A DNA stretch of 63,526 nucleotides, filler included, from Stramenopiles sp. TOSAG23-3 (lineage: Eukaryota), in assembly GCA_900128585.1 (NCBI GenBank). It is 5 parts of 5 records of this genome, joined end to end, with 100 filler letters (N's around TTAATTAATTAA, not from the genome) between each part and the next. Parts side by side here need not be neighbours in the genome. Positions count along the whole stretch, not along the records: positions 28,505 to 56,889 come from LT642248.1; positions 56,990 to 59,102 come from LT645063.1; positions 59,203 to 61,314 come from LT645064.1; positions 61,415 to 63,526 come from LT645065.1; 1 more part is not named here. One strand, written 5' to 3'. A program made the position numbers and the translations under genes. Below are positions 53,351-62,969 of this stretch, one piece after another; positions within the stretch are counted from its first letter, which is position 1; every line of letters starts with the position of its first letter. The notes beneath the pieces are model-generated. The model had not been told where the DNA came from. It ran no database searches and worked only from the letters and a program-made list of their open reading frames with translations.

Positions 53351-53722
53351 CTCCCTGTTTGTCAAAAAGATTCCCTCCGGGTCGGAGTCGTTATCGGCCA
53401 ATGTCTCTTCCCCTTCTTCCTCAAACTCGTCGTCGTACACGTCGTCTGACATTTCATCGTCACTGAACGACACGGAAGGCTTCGGGACGGCCGTAGCCAA
53501 CCGCACAGCTGGAGCCGGTGGGGCGCTTTCGGCCGGTGGGGACACTAAGGAGCTGGCTGCGCTCGTTTTTTCGGCGCCCTCAGGCTCTGCTTCAACGTAT
53601 TTCTGCGTGGAAAGAGCAGCGAAGTCGTCCGCCTCTGGAACGTCTTCTTCGATTTCTTCCGAAATAATTTCTTCGACCGGAGTCTCCGCCCCGTCATCGT
53701 AAACTTGTGTTTCAAGATCCAT
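51221..53722 (-). CDS. Tandem-BRCT protein with acidic TQ-motif N-terminus and central coiled coil (MDC1/PTIP-like)
   Basis: BRCT1 TTICFTG..VTHIV..GRTIKL..FVTESWVQES; BRCT2 LFAGYNFFV..SLIELGGG; heptad region; ETQVY, STQKY, ATQVI, GTQVV. First ATG at 53722. Confidence 0.85.
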
Positions 53723-54308
53723 AGCAAATAATGTACGAAAGGCAAATCCCTTTGTAGGCAGTTGAAAACGCGCACTAAAACAAAAAAACACGCACACAGA
53801 AACGGAATGGCATGTTTCTTTGCACCATCTTCATTCGTTGAAATTATATTCGAACATATTTTTCGTTAAGCCTCTATTAAATCATGCAAAAAAAAATATT
53901 TTTATTTTAAAATCCTTCGTGGTACCGGTAATAGTACAGTATAATTTATTACTTTCCTCTTCTAACAAAAAATAGTTGTCTCTTCTTTTGCTGTATTTTT
54001 ATATTAAAATTATATTATTATATATTTTTTGCTTTTTTTTTTCTATTATTATTTCTGCTCATTATTTTTAGGTGTGCTATTTCTATTCTAAATTCTCGTC
54101 TTCTTCTTCAAATAAAAAAAAAAAACGTCCTTCCTTTTTTTTTAATTCAATTTCAAATTTATTACAAAGAAGAAGGAAGGTGGGGGGCAGTCCCATTATT
54201 ATATCAGATCCACCTCGTAGACTACGTAATGTACTACTTGTATAATACCTACGGTACGGTACGAAGGTCAACGTAGACGAGTACGAGCTCGTATTTAATA
54301 AATGGGGA

Positions 54309-54623
54309 TGGGGCCTATTTCTATAATTTACGTATTAGTCGATAGAATGGGAGGAGCCGCTCGGTAGAGATTCTAAGTCTTAATATAAACACAGTATCAT
54401 TATTTATGCTGTGTCTATAAGGATGATAACTCTACACTCAGGCCAGAATAATGTATTGTATTAAGTACATAAACCTATTAATAATAATGGCCTGAGTGGG
54501 TGTGATCAGGCAAATAGACACAGCATACAGAATGGTGCTGTGTATATGTTGAGTCTTAGCAGCACCCACGAGCGGCTCCTCCCATTCGATAGACAAATAC
54601 GTAAATTACAGAAATAGGACCCA
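54309..54623. mobile_element. 315-bp imperfect fold-back element (MITE-like or hairpin RNA)
   Basis: Arms of about 137 bp: CCTATTTCTATAATTTACGTATT..GAATGGGAGGAGCCGCTCG..TATGCTGTGTCTAT..CACTCAGGCCA, with reverse complements at 54488-54623. The inverted repeat is certain; the MITE identity is inference. Confidence 0.6.
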
Positions 54624-54931
54624 GTTTGAAGGGTCACTGTCAAAAAAAGATTTTTCTTATTATTGTAGTTTTTAACTGTGGTCTTTCCAGGTTAAACCCA
54701 AAATAAAAGAAGAAGAAAGAAGAAGAAAAAGAAAAAGATTTTAGCCTGCACCATCTTCTACCCACCAACAAACACGAATAAAAACTTTAAGTGTTCGATT
54801 TTCTACAGGTCAAGATTTGCTGTTGTAAGTAGGTAAACGCTAATCGATGAAATGGTTATATACTTCGATTCTTTTACGCTTTTCCCATCATCGCTCACAC
54901 TCCATGTCTGCTTAGCTTTAACTTTTTTCCT

Positions 54932-55958
54932 ATGTCAAACAAAAAGCGGAAGCTCGGCCGAAAAGGGATGGCGATTTTGATTGGGGAAGAGAAGGACAGG
55001 GATGCGGTTTGGGTTCGGCGACTATACGAAGAACTCAAGAAATGCCCGTTGCCTAGAGACTGCGAGTTGCAAATACTGTCGGTGGAGAGACTTTGCATGG
55101 ATATTGACGGTCAAGTAAAAAATTGGCCCTATGGGGTTTGCAACCGCATCCCAGAGTCTTCGCCCCCAAAAATACAAAAGCTGGGGCTGGCTGTCCTTCA
55201 ATACGCGGAGCTGCTTGGCCTGCCTGTGTTCAACCCTGCGTTTTGCTACGCGATTGGATCGAACAAGCTGTTGCACCATGGAATTTTATCTGCGTGTAGA
55301 CTGAAATCTCCAAAGAGCGTTTTGGTGCGGAGCGCCAAAGCCGCAATTGAGGGCGCGGCACGGCTGAACTACCCGTTGCTTTTGAAACCTAACTCCGCGG
55401 GCTATGGTAAAGGTATAACGAGGTTCAGCACACAAGAAGAACTGGAACAATATTTTTCGAGACATAAAGATTCTGAGAAATGCTTCGGTAGGGATGGGAC
55501 TGCACTGCTACAAGAGTACTACGAGTCTCTGGGGTCCGCGTGCTACCGGGTATGGACCTTGAGAGGAAAAATACAGTGTGCGATCAAGGTCACTCGTCCC
55601 AATGGAGGGTTTGGAGGCGCATGCATGTCGGATTCTTGCTCGCTGACCCGAACGATTGTCGAAGCTGTTGAAATCGATCCCGATATCCAAAGATCGATTC
55701 TGAAAATTGAAACGCTTTGCCAGTCGGATTGCTCTAGTGTTGAGTTTTTGTACAACGCCAACAAACCCGATGAAATTGTGTTTTTTGATGTCAATATGCT
55801 CTCTACTCTGCCAGTTTTGCCAAATAATAAAGTGCTCCACTCTGAAAAACGGTGGGGGGGAGGGCTATAACCCCTGGAAGGAACTCGCGAGCTGCGTGTA
55901 TAGAAAATTATTCGGTACCTTGGTGTTTGTAGAACGACTAAAACCCCGAGGCACGTGA
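54932..55958 (+). CDS. RimK/glutathione-synthetase-like ATP-grasp enzyme; probable extra G in the G7 run near 55855
   Basis: PVFNP..SNKLL, YPLLLKPNSAGYGKGI, ALLQEY, YRVWTL, SVEF..FFDVNMLS. Removing one G extends the ORF to WGEGYNPWKELASCV..stop 55958 instead of stop 55870. Confidence 0.8.
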
Positions 55959-56721
55959 CTGACGACCGGGCTTCTAGATAGGTACGGTTTTAGCTTCTTA
56001 AGTAACACAAAATTGTATTGTACTAATAATTCAGAACAGAGATCTTCTATATAAACACAGCACAGGTAACGGAATGATACGAAACATTGCGGAGTCAAGT
56101 ATCTTTGGCGCGGAATTGAAAAGTTGCAAAGGACTTTGCGTTAACTATTTGAGACGGAGAGACCATTATGAAAAAAGAACAATTTTTTTAAACTTCAACG
56201 GTCAAACGTCGTTTGAGATATAAGAAATTGAGCGCGTACCATTCATTTGTTCACATAACACAAAGGAATAAGTGTTCATGTGGGTGGCGTTTGGTCCAAA
56301 TCGTCCATTTCTCTAAAAATTGTCCCTAGGAACCGCATTTCCAAGTCATTCGAGGGCAAACAATTTATAAGCGTTCGTCGAGGGCTGAACATCGTGAGCG
56401 GGAAAATTGCGTGATCTAAACTTATGCAGTTACGCGTCCTCTTTGCTTTCTTTTATCGATTTGTGGCAAAACGCTTCCGTACTTTGAAATTCGAGTCGGA
56501 TTTTTTTTCGCGCCAAGGATACTGAACACTTTATTGAACAGTCACCTATCATGGCATTTTACTTAAAGAAAAACAACGACTATCGTCTTTTTATTTTTTA
56601 ACTACGATGGTAAAAATTACATGAAATAGCATTACATCTTTATTACGGTCAGAGATTATATTTACGTTGATGATTTTTTTTATGTTCAACAAATTTGTGA
56701 ACACATACACTCGGGGCTGAG

Positions 56722-56889
56722 TTATTCGCCATCATCTTCGTCTTCACTGCCAAACAGTGATATTTTGTCTTCCTCTATCGTCTCCACGTCATTGTCGTCG
56801 AAAGTGACGACGTACCTCGGGGCGGTACCATCTTTGACCAATTTGGTTATGTTTCCGTCAAACCAGTCTCCATTGAAGTTTGGCATGGT
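56722..56889 (-). CDS. C-terminal fragment of a Tudor-domain protein (truncated by the gap)
   Basis: Manual translation TMPNFNGDWFDGNITKLVKDGTAPRYVVTFDDNDVETIEEDKISLFGSEDEDDGE* matches the Tudor pattern W-x-x-G-x-I..Y-x-V-x-F-D-D-x-D-x-E. Too short for the ORF track. Confidence 0.75.
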   Translation of the reverse strand, partial: TMPNFNGDWFDGNITKLVKDGTAPRYVVTFDDNDVETIEEDKISLFGSEDEDDGE

Positions 56890-56989
56890 NNNNNNNNNNN
56901 NNNNNNNNNNNNNNNNNNNNNNNNNNNNNNNNNTTAATTAATTAANNNNNNNNNNNNNNNNNNNNNNNNNNNNNNNNNNNNNNNNNNNN
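56890..56989. other. Artificial contig linker
   Basis: N44-TTAATTAATTAA-N44. Confidence 0.98.
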
Positions 56990-56991
56990 GG

Positions 56992-57426
56992 ACGTTAATG
57001 GACAAATGGAATCAAATCGTTCATTGGAAATTATATCATCCCCTCGGTGATTGACAACAAACAAGGGAACACCTTTGGGCAAGGGACAGGAAGGCTTTGT
57101 ACTTGAAAGCAAAGGCAAAGCTAAAGAGAGAGAGTATGAGCGAGGAAGACAAGGAGAAGGAGAAAAAGGCAGAGAAAATAAAAAAATCTGGCAGGTCCCG
57201 ATTTAAATGCGAATTTAAATGTATGCAAAAGGGGGACCGCTCAATTGACGGCAAAGTTGAGTGTCGATCCTTGCCAAAACTGACGGTGGACTGCGTTAGC
57301 TGTGGAGACGGACAGTGCAATCGTAGAGCCATCAAGAAATGCAAAGAAGAGGGCGAAGAGATTAAGCAAAAGTGCGATGCCACGGGCGTTAAATTTGGGA
57401 AGGCAACTAAATACATGAACGTTTGA
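56992..57426 (+). pseudogene. 3' fragment of a Lys/Cys-rich ORF with an in-frame TGA
   Basis: Frame reads TLMDKWNQIVHWKLYHPLGD*QQTREHLWARDRKALYLK..CEFKC..C..CVSC..C..C..C; 5' end lost in the gap. Confidence 0.35.
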
Positions 57427-57820
57427 CGTAGTAGGAATTTTGTTTATTATATATATTTTTATATGTTACCTATCATGATAATAAATAAAACCATAACACA
57501 CCAACACAGCATTGAATATATTATTGCGATTCTAGAAAGTTCTCGAGGCGTAGTATCTCCGAAAAAACAACAAAAGAAGGAAATAATAATATCTAATAAT
57601 AAATCTGAGTTTTGCAAATAACAACAAGGCGCAGCAGAGGGCAGAGGGCAGAGGAAGAAACAAAAGAAGAAGAGGAGAAGAAGACGACGACGAAGAAATA
57701 CCGGTGACTTTTATTAATAATGTAATAACATCATCATCAATCTCATCATCATAATTTTTTTGTGGTAGTATTGATGAGGACTATTTCATTTCACCTATAA
57801 AGCTCTACGTTTTTAATTCT

Positions 57821-57867
57821 TAAAAAAAACAAAATATATAGTATGTTTTAAGACTCTCATTTTAAAT
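57821..57867 (-). repeat. Dispersed repeat module D
   Basis: Near-identical reverse complement of 37176-37221. Confidence 0.85.
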
Positions 57868-57958
57868 AAGATACAATTTTTGTAAACCTATCTGTTACGA
57901 CGAGTAAAATCATCGTCGCCTTTGTCGTAGAATTTAAAGTCTCTCGCCACACCAGAAT

Positions 57959-58666
57959 ATGGACTCAGAGAAGAATTGTTTTCCATTAGCAACCGGGGAA
58001 GGGTCCATCGTCAATCTTGAAGAGCGTAGAACGAGTAGAAGGCGTAGTGTATCTTCTATTGAGAATGAAGTAAATGCGCATGCTCCGTCTTGTTTGAAAC
58101 GAGGGAGTTTAACAACGAGCATCTGGGTACTGACAAGCGTATCATTAGGAATGGGAGTCTTTGTTCAACCAAAAGTTGTTGCACGCTTAGGTTACGCCCT
58201 TGGGTGTGGCTTGATAATACTATTCGCGCTCATTACGTATTATTCCCAACTCTTATTGTTAAAAATTGTCAATAGTAAGTATGAGGCGACAAAAAAGCAG
58301 TACTCCAGTTATAGCCAGGTGAGTGCTGATTTGCTCGGCAACACAGGGCTTGCTGTTAATTGTCTCACTATGACACTGTGTTGTTTAGTTGCAAATGCTG
58401 GGCACTTTGCCACTGTCATTCAAATGCTCCATGATATTATTTGCTGGTATTTTACAGGGTCATATGACTACCATTTCACTTCCACGCAACGATGTGTAGT
58501 CTTGTGCCTTCTTAGTGGCTTTGTGCTACCGTTTTGCATCAGTTCGAACGATTTGCACTCATTGCGGTATATTTCCACAGCTTCTGTTTCTGTGTGCGTA
58601 ACACTGACGCTGTCGATTATGTTTCTTGCTTGCAAAAGAATTTATGAACTCGGCGGTGGATGGAGA
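57959..58666 (+). CDS. Amino acid transporter (AAAP/SLC38-like), 5' exon only
   Basis: GSLTTSIWVLTSVSLGMGVFVQP..LGYALG..YSSYSQV..VLPFC..LHSLRYIS. Coding-like sequence ends at a GTAAGA donor (58667), followed by AT-rich sequence and a gap. Confidence 0.85.
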
Positions 58667-59102
58667 GTAAGATGCCAGAGAAATGTAAACATGAGTGTGA
58701 TAACTAAAAGAAATCAATTTATTCGTAATAATCATGAAGATGAAAATGAAAACAAAGGAGGAGGAGTGGAAATAAAAAACATTTATTATCCCATTACACT
58801 AGCGCATCCCTCAGGTCGAATTATTATATATGTAATTTATGCTTATTGCCTATATGATGTCTGTACTGTGAATTATATTGATAATCGCTTCTCTGTATTC
58901 TATTTATAGCATTGTTGGAATTTGCTCTAAAACCAAAATAAAAAAATAGCTCACACGCAACGGTAAAAAAAATGTTTTGGACATGCTAATCACAATGTAT
59001 AGAACTGTAAAATTTTACTCACTATCTCAACTCAACGTCTTTCAATCAATGCAAATGTAAAATATGAAAGAGACTAGTCAAAAATTCTATCCAACAATGT
59101 CC

Positions 59103-59202
59103 NNNNNNNNNNNNNNNNNNNNNNNNNNNNNNNNNNNNNNNNNNNNTTAATTAATTAANNNNNNNNNNNNNNNNNNNNNNNNNNNNNNNNNNNNNNNNNN
59201 NN
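59103..59202. other. Artificial contig linker
   Basis: N44-TTAATTAATTAA-N44. Confidence 0.98.
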
Positions 59203-59272
59203 CGTAAACGTAATATCATCCTTAATTGTTTTTATTTTATTTTTTTATTCTTTCTTCTTCTTCTTTTCATCT

Positions 59273-59956
59273 CAAAAAATTCCGTTCCATGTGATATCGG
59301 GGAACCACGACCACCGTGGGAACGTCTCTGCAGAAATTGCATACACGCAACTTTCCAAGCGGTGGAACTACCCGTCATTGTACTACACGTTTACGGAAGG
59401 GCCGGTGCAGTTCGTGATGATTGACACCGTTGTCTTGAGCGGAAACTGCCACGTCGAAAACTCGGACGACGAGCTGGCAGGGAACAAGTTGCCAGGGCCT
59501 GCAGATTCGGCACTGGCCGACTCCCAAATGCAGTGGATCGAGAAGACGTTGAACGCTAGCAAGGCAGAGTACGTAGTGGTTGCAGGGCATTACCCGGTAT
59601 ATTCTATCTGTGAGCATGGCCCAACGTCGGACCTGGTAGACCACCTCAAACCGTTGTTGGAACGGTACAAAGTTTCCGCGTACATGAACGGCCACGACCA
59701 TTGCGCGCAGTTCATCGACGTCGGGGACGGTGTCCAATACCACACGATTGGCTCGGCGCACGAGAACAACCCCGATACAAGCCACAAAGGATCAATCCCT
59801 GCCGGTTCGTTAAAATTCCACACTGGCAAAGGGGATGGTGGGTTTTCAGCAGTCAAAGTCGACTCCAATGGTATGGCAATTGAACATCGGGACGGTGATG
59901 GAACCTTGCTGTACACTGCTCCAGCGATTCCCCCACGCACTTTCGAAACGAACTGA
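59273..59956 (+). CDS. Purple / tartrate-resistant acid phosphatase (ACP5-like), 3' exon only
   Basis: QKIPFHVISGNHDH, RWNYPSLYY, VMIDTV, VAGHYPVYSICEHGPT, AYMNGHDHCAQ metallophosphoesterase motifs; N-terminal DxG/GDxxY motifs missing (gap). Confidence 0.92.
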   Translation, partial: QKIPFHVISGNHDHRGNVSAEIAYTQLSKRWNYPSLYYTFTEGPVQFVMIDTVVLSGNCHVENSDDELAGNKLPGPADSALADSQMQWIEKTLNASKAEYVVVAGHYPVYSICEHGPTSDLVDHLKPLLERYKVSAYMNGHDHCAQFIDVGDGVQYHTIGSAHENNPDTSHKGSIPAGSLKFHTGKGDGGFSAVKVDSNGMAIEHRDGDGTLLYTAPAIPPRTFETN

Positions 59957-60705
59957 GATGATGATGAAGAATTGAGAAGTAAGAGTGTCAGTAGAAGAAT
60001 TAAGAAGTGAGGAGAGAACTGAAGGGAGGAGAAACAAGATTCTTAATAATTAATAATAACAACAACAAACAAAGTAAGCCTTTACCAAAGTATTTCTCTT
60101 TTAATAACAGAGCAAGCGGCATTGCACAAATTCAGTTCAAAATTAAAAAAGAAGAAGAAGGTAAGAAAGAAAGGTGGTGGTTTCAAGTAGTGTCAACCAA
60201 CAAAGTGTCAATCAGAATCAGACAGAAATCAGACGACATCAATGGAGAGCATCTCAATCTCATTCAAATCATAATCAACACGTCCATCAACACATTAATA
60301 ATCATCGCAACAAGCAACACAAGCATCAAGCATCACATTCTTCTTCAATTCTTCTTCTCACGAAGAACTACCGCCGCCCGCGGCACTTTTTTAACTAAAC
60401 AAACAAACAACAAAACCCAAAAAAAACAAAAAAATAATATATTATTATTTTATATATTTTACACCACACTCCTCTCTACTACGAAATCTTAATTTCAACA
60501 CACAATTCTATAACGTACTTGAATAAAGTTTGCATGTTTGCTGTTCAGTTCAGTTCAGTTCGTTTCAGTTTCAGTTTCAGTTTCTTTTTAGTTTTTCTTG
60601 CATTCTTTCGACGATTTTACTGCGTTTCTTTCTTTCTTTCTTTCTTCCTTTCTTTTTCTTTCTTCATTTTTCCCGTTTGTCTTCTCCTCCTCCGTTGTTC
60701 ACAAA

Positions 60706-61314
60706 ATGGCATCGTTTACGACCGACGAGGAGGAGGACCCCGTACTAGCCGACCTGGGTCAGAGTGGGGAACAGGAAGAGCTTTCGTCCCTAATGGACAG
60801 TTTTATGACCGCGCGGGGGGTTGGCGACGGGAACTTGTCGCAGACAATTATTGACTTCTCCGCCAACACGCCCTCGCCAGACCCTTTTTCAAACGAGAAC
60901 AGCCCAAAGCTGCAGCACAACCTACTCGAGATTGGCGGAAGGAGCAACCCGTCGTCCCCGGGCCGGGGAAATGCCGCCGCCACCGCCACCTCCACCACGG
61001 CCGGCCTAGACATTGGGCGGCCGCCCGTGGGGACCTCTTCGGCGAAGCATTTTCCGGGCCCTGGGTCGCCGAGGGACGACCTTGCCGCGTTTTTACCGCC
61101 AGACTCTCCGTCTCGGGGGAACTCGATGGTGTCGGACGACGCGGGCTTGGACTCGACGTCGCGGCTCCTTGCGGAGACGGAGGCGCTGATGAACGACACG
61201 CACGCCCTGACGAACTCGCGGCTTGGGGAGTCGAAGAAGGTAGACGCCGCGCTCGACTTTTTCCAGCGCGAGGCGGCTGCGGGGCGTCCCGGGGACGAGT
61301 CGGGGGCCGACGAG
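60706..61314 (+). CDS. Low-complexity hypothetical protein, 5' part (runs into the gap)
   Basis: ACAAAATGGC start after a long pyrimidine tract; GC-rich open frame to the gap. Confidence 0.7.
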
Positions 61315-61414
61315 NNNNNNNNNNNNNNNNNNNNNNNNNNNNNNNNNNNNNNNNNNNNTTAATTAATTAANNNNNNNNNNNNNNNNNNNNNNNNNNNNNN
61401 NNNNNNNNNNNNNN
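61315..61414. other. Artificial contig linker
   Basis: N44-TTAATTAATTAA-N44. Confidence 0.98.
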
Positions 61415-62794
61415 TGGAAAACTCTTCTTCCCCGATGAGACGAGCGATGGCTAGCACCGATGGAAAAGGTGAAGCCGGACAGCAATTGAAGACTGGGCCA
61501 AACGCTTGGTTACGCTTGGAGCGCCAGAAAAAGGTCACAGAACGGTTAAATGCTGAGCTGAAAGTTGAGAAAACACTTCGAAAGGAATTTGAAGAAAAAG
61601 TTGCCCGTTTGGAGGGCAAAGTAGTAGGAATCCAAATGGCGCTGTCAAGAGAACGTGGAATGCGACAAGATTTGGAATCAAAATTGGGAGGATCAGAGGC
61701 CTCCGTCGAAAACACTGAGGGCGCACGGTCAAACCCTAACGGAGGGAACAAAGCCCCCCCCCAGTAACTCTGCTGCGGCCAGAAATGGACGACAAGTCGA
61801 AGTCTTAAAAGAAAGGCTGAGAGAGGCCATTGTAGAGACTGAAAGGCAGAGACTGATTGCTAAAGAGACCAAGCAGGACCTAAGTAAATCTCATGAGATG
61901 ATCAAGAGCCTAGAGCACATAATAAGTTCCATTAGAAACAATCATACCTACAAGACCCTCAGTGACGTAGGAAAACAAAAGAGAAAACAGCTGGTGGAAC
62001 AAAAGCGAAAGGCTGCACCCTCCAAAGCAAAAAATAAACCAACTGGACGAGACCAACGCGGTAGATCGACTTCACCAAAACGGAAATCCCCGAGAAAAGT
62101 TCCGAATGAGAAGATGACGAAACAGGCAAACAATAGAAAACACAGCGGTGCTGCAAAACAGCAGCGTTCAAACGACCCGTCGCGGAAACGTGCTTATCAA
62201 GGGCGGGCCCAACAACAAAGCCATACAAAGCCAGAAAGGAAACAGTTCAACAAAGCAAAGAATAGTCACTCTGATAGTTCTCTGTCAAGAATTAAAAAAG
62301 GTGTATCTATCAAAACAAACAGAAAGAGAGAAAATTATCAGAATAAACTGACCAAGAGCGTAAAAAACAAATACAGTATTCCCGCAAAAAAGCACATTAA
62401 CCAGCAACAACTGAATGCTCATCAGCATCACTATCGACGTCAAGCAAAGAAATTTCCCCGCTTGAGTCCAGTCGACTCTTTCGTTTCCGTGGATACATCA
62501 CAAATTGAGCCCATGGAAGGACAACAAATTATTGGTAATTTAGAGAGAGAGCAGCGGGCGGCCGTGCGTGAACAACGGCGTCACGAGAGATCGAATACAG
62601 AAGTGACGTACAAAACAGAACATACCCCAACGGAAAACTATCGACAATCGGAGGCAAGCAGAGACAGTCCCAATGCTGAATTGACTGTGAGTGACAACGG
62701 TAACATAAAACTGCCATTTAAACTTTCGAGTATGGCGCTTAGCGAAGACGGTATGTTCTCTGATAAGGTCTTTGAAGAGGAGTTTGGGTTCTAA
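61415..62794 (+). CDS. Coiled-coil/basic hypothetical protein, 3' part; probable extra C in the C9 run at 61754-61762
   Basis: Coiled-coil ORF 61435-61767 joins ORF 61655-62794 as KAPP|SNSAAAR if one C is removed. It may or may not be the same gene as 60706-61314. Confidence 0.65.
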
Positions 62795-62969
62795 AAGAGA
62801 GAGAGAGAGACCACTAGAAAGCAAAATATTTAATTCTCCCAAAATAGTTTACGATGCGTACCCTTTTACGCGAAGGGTGTATTCGTTGATGTGAGTGAGA
62901 GTGAGGGAGACGAAATTCAAAATGTTTAAGAGAGAGAAGCAACAAAATGATTTTTTTATTAAACTTTCT

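Noticed and set aside
58667-58909. C-terminal part of the 316-aa transporter ORF
   Set aside because: AT-rich read-through past a GTAAGA donor; most likely intron.
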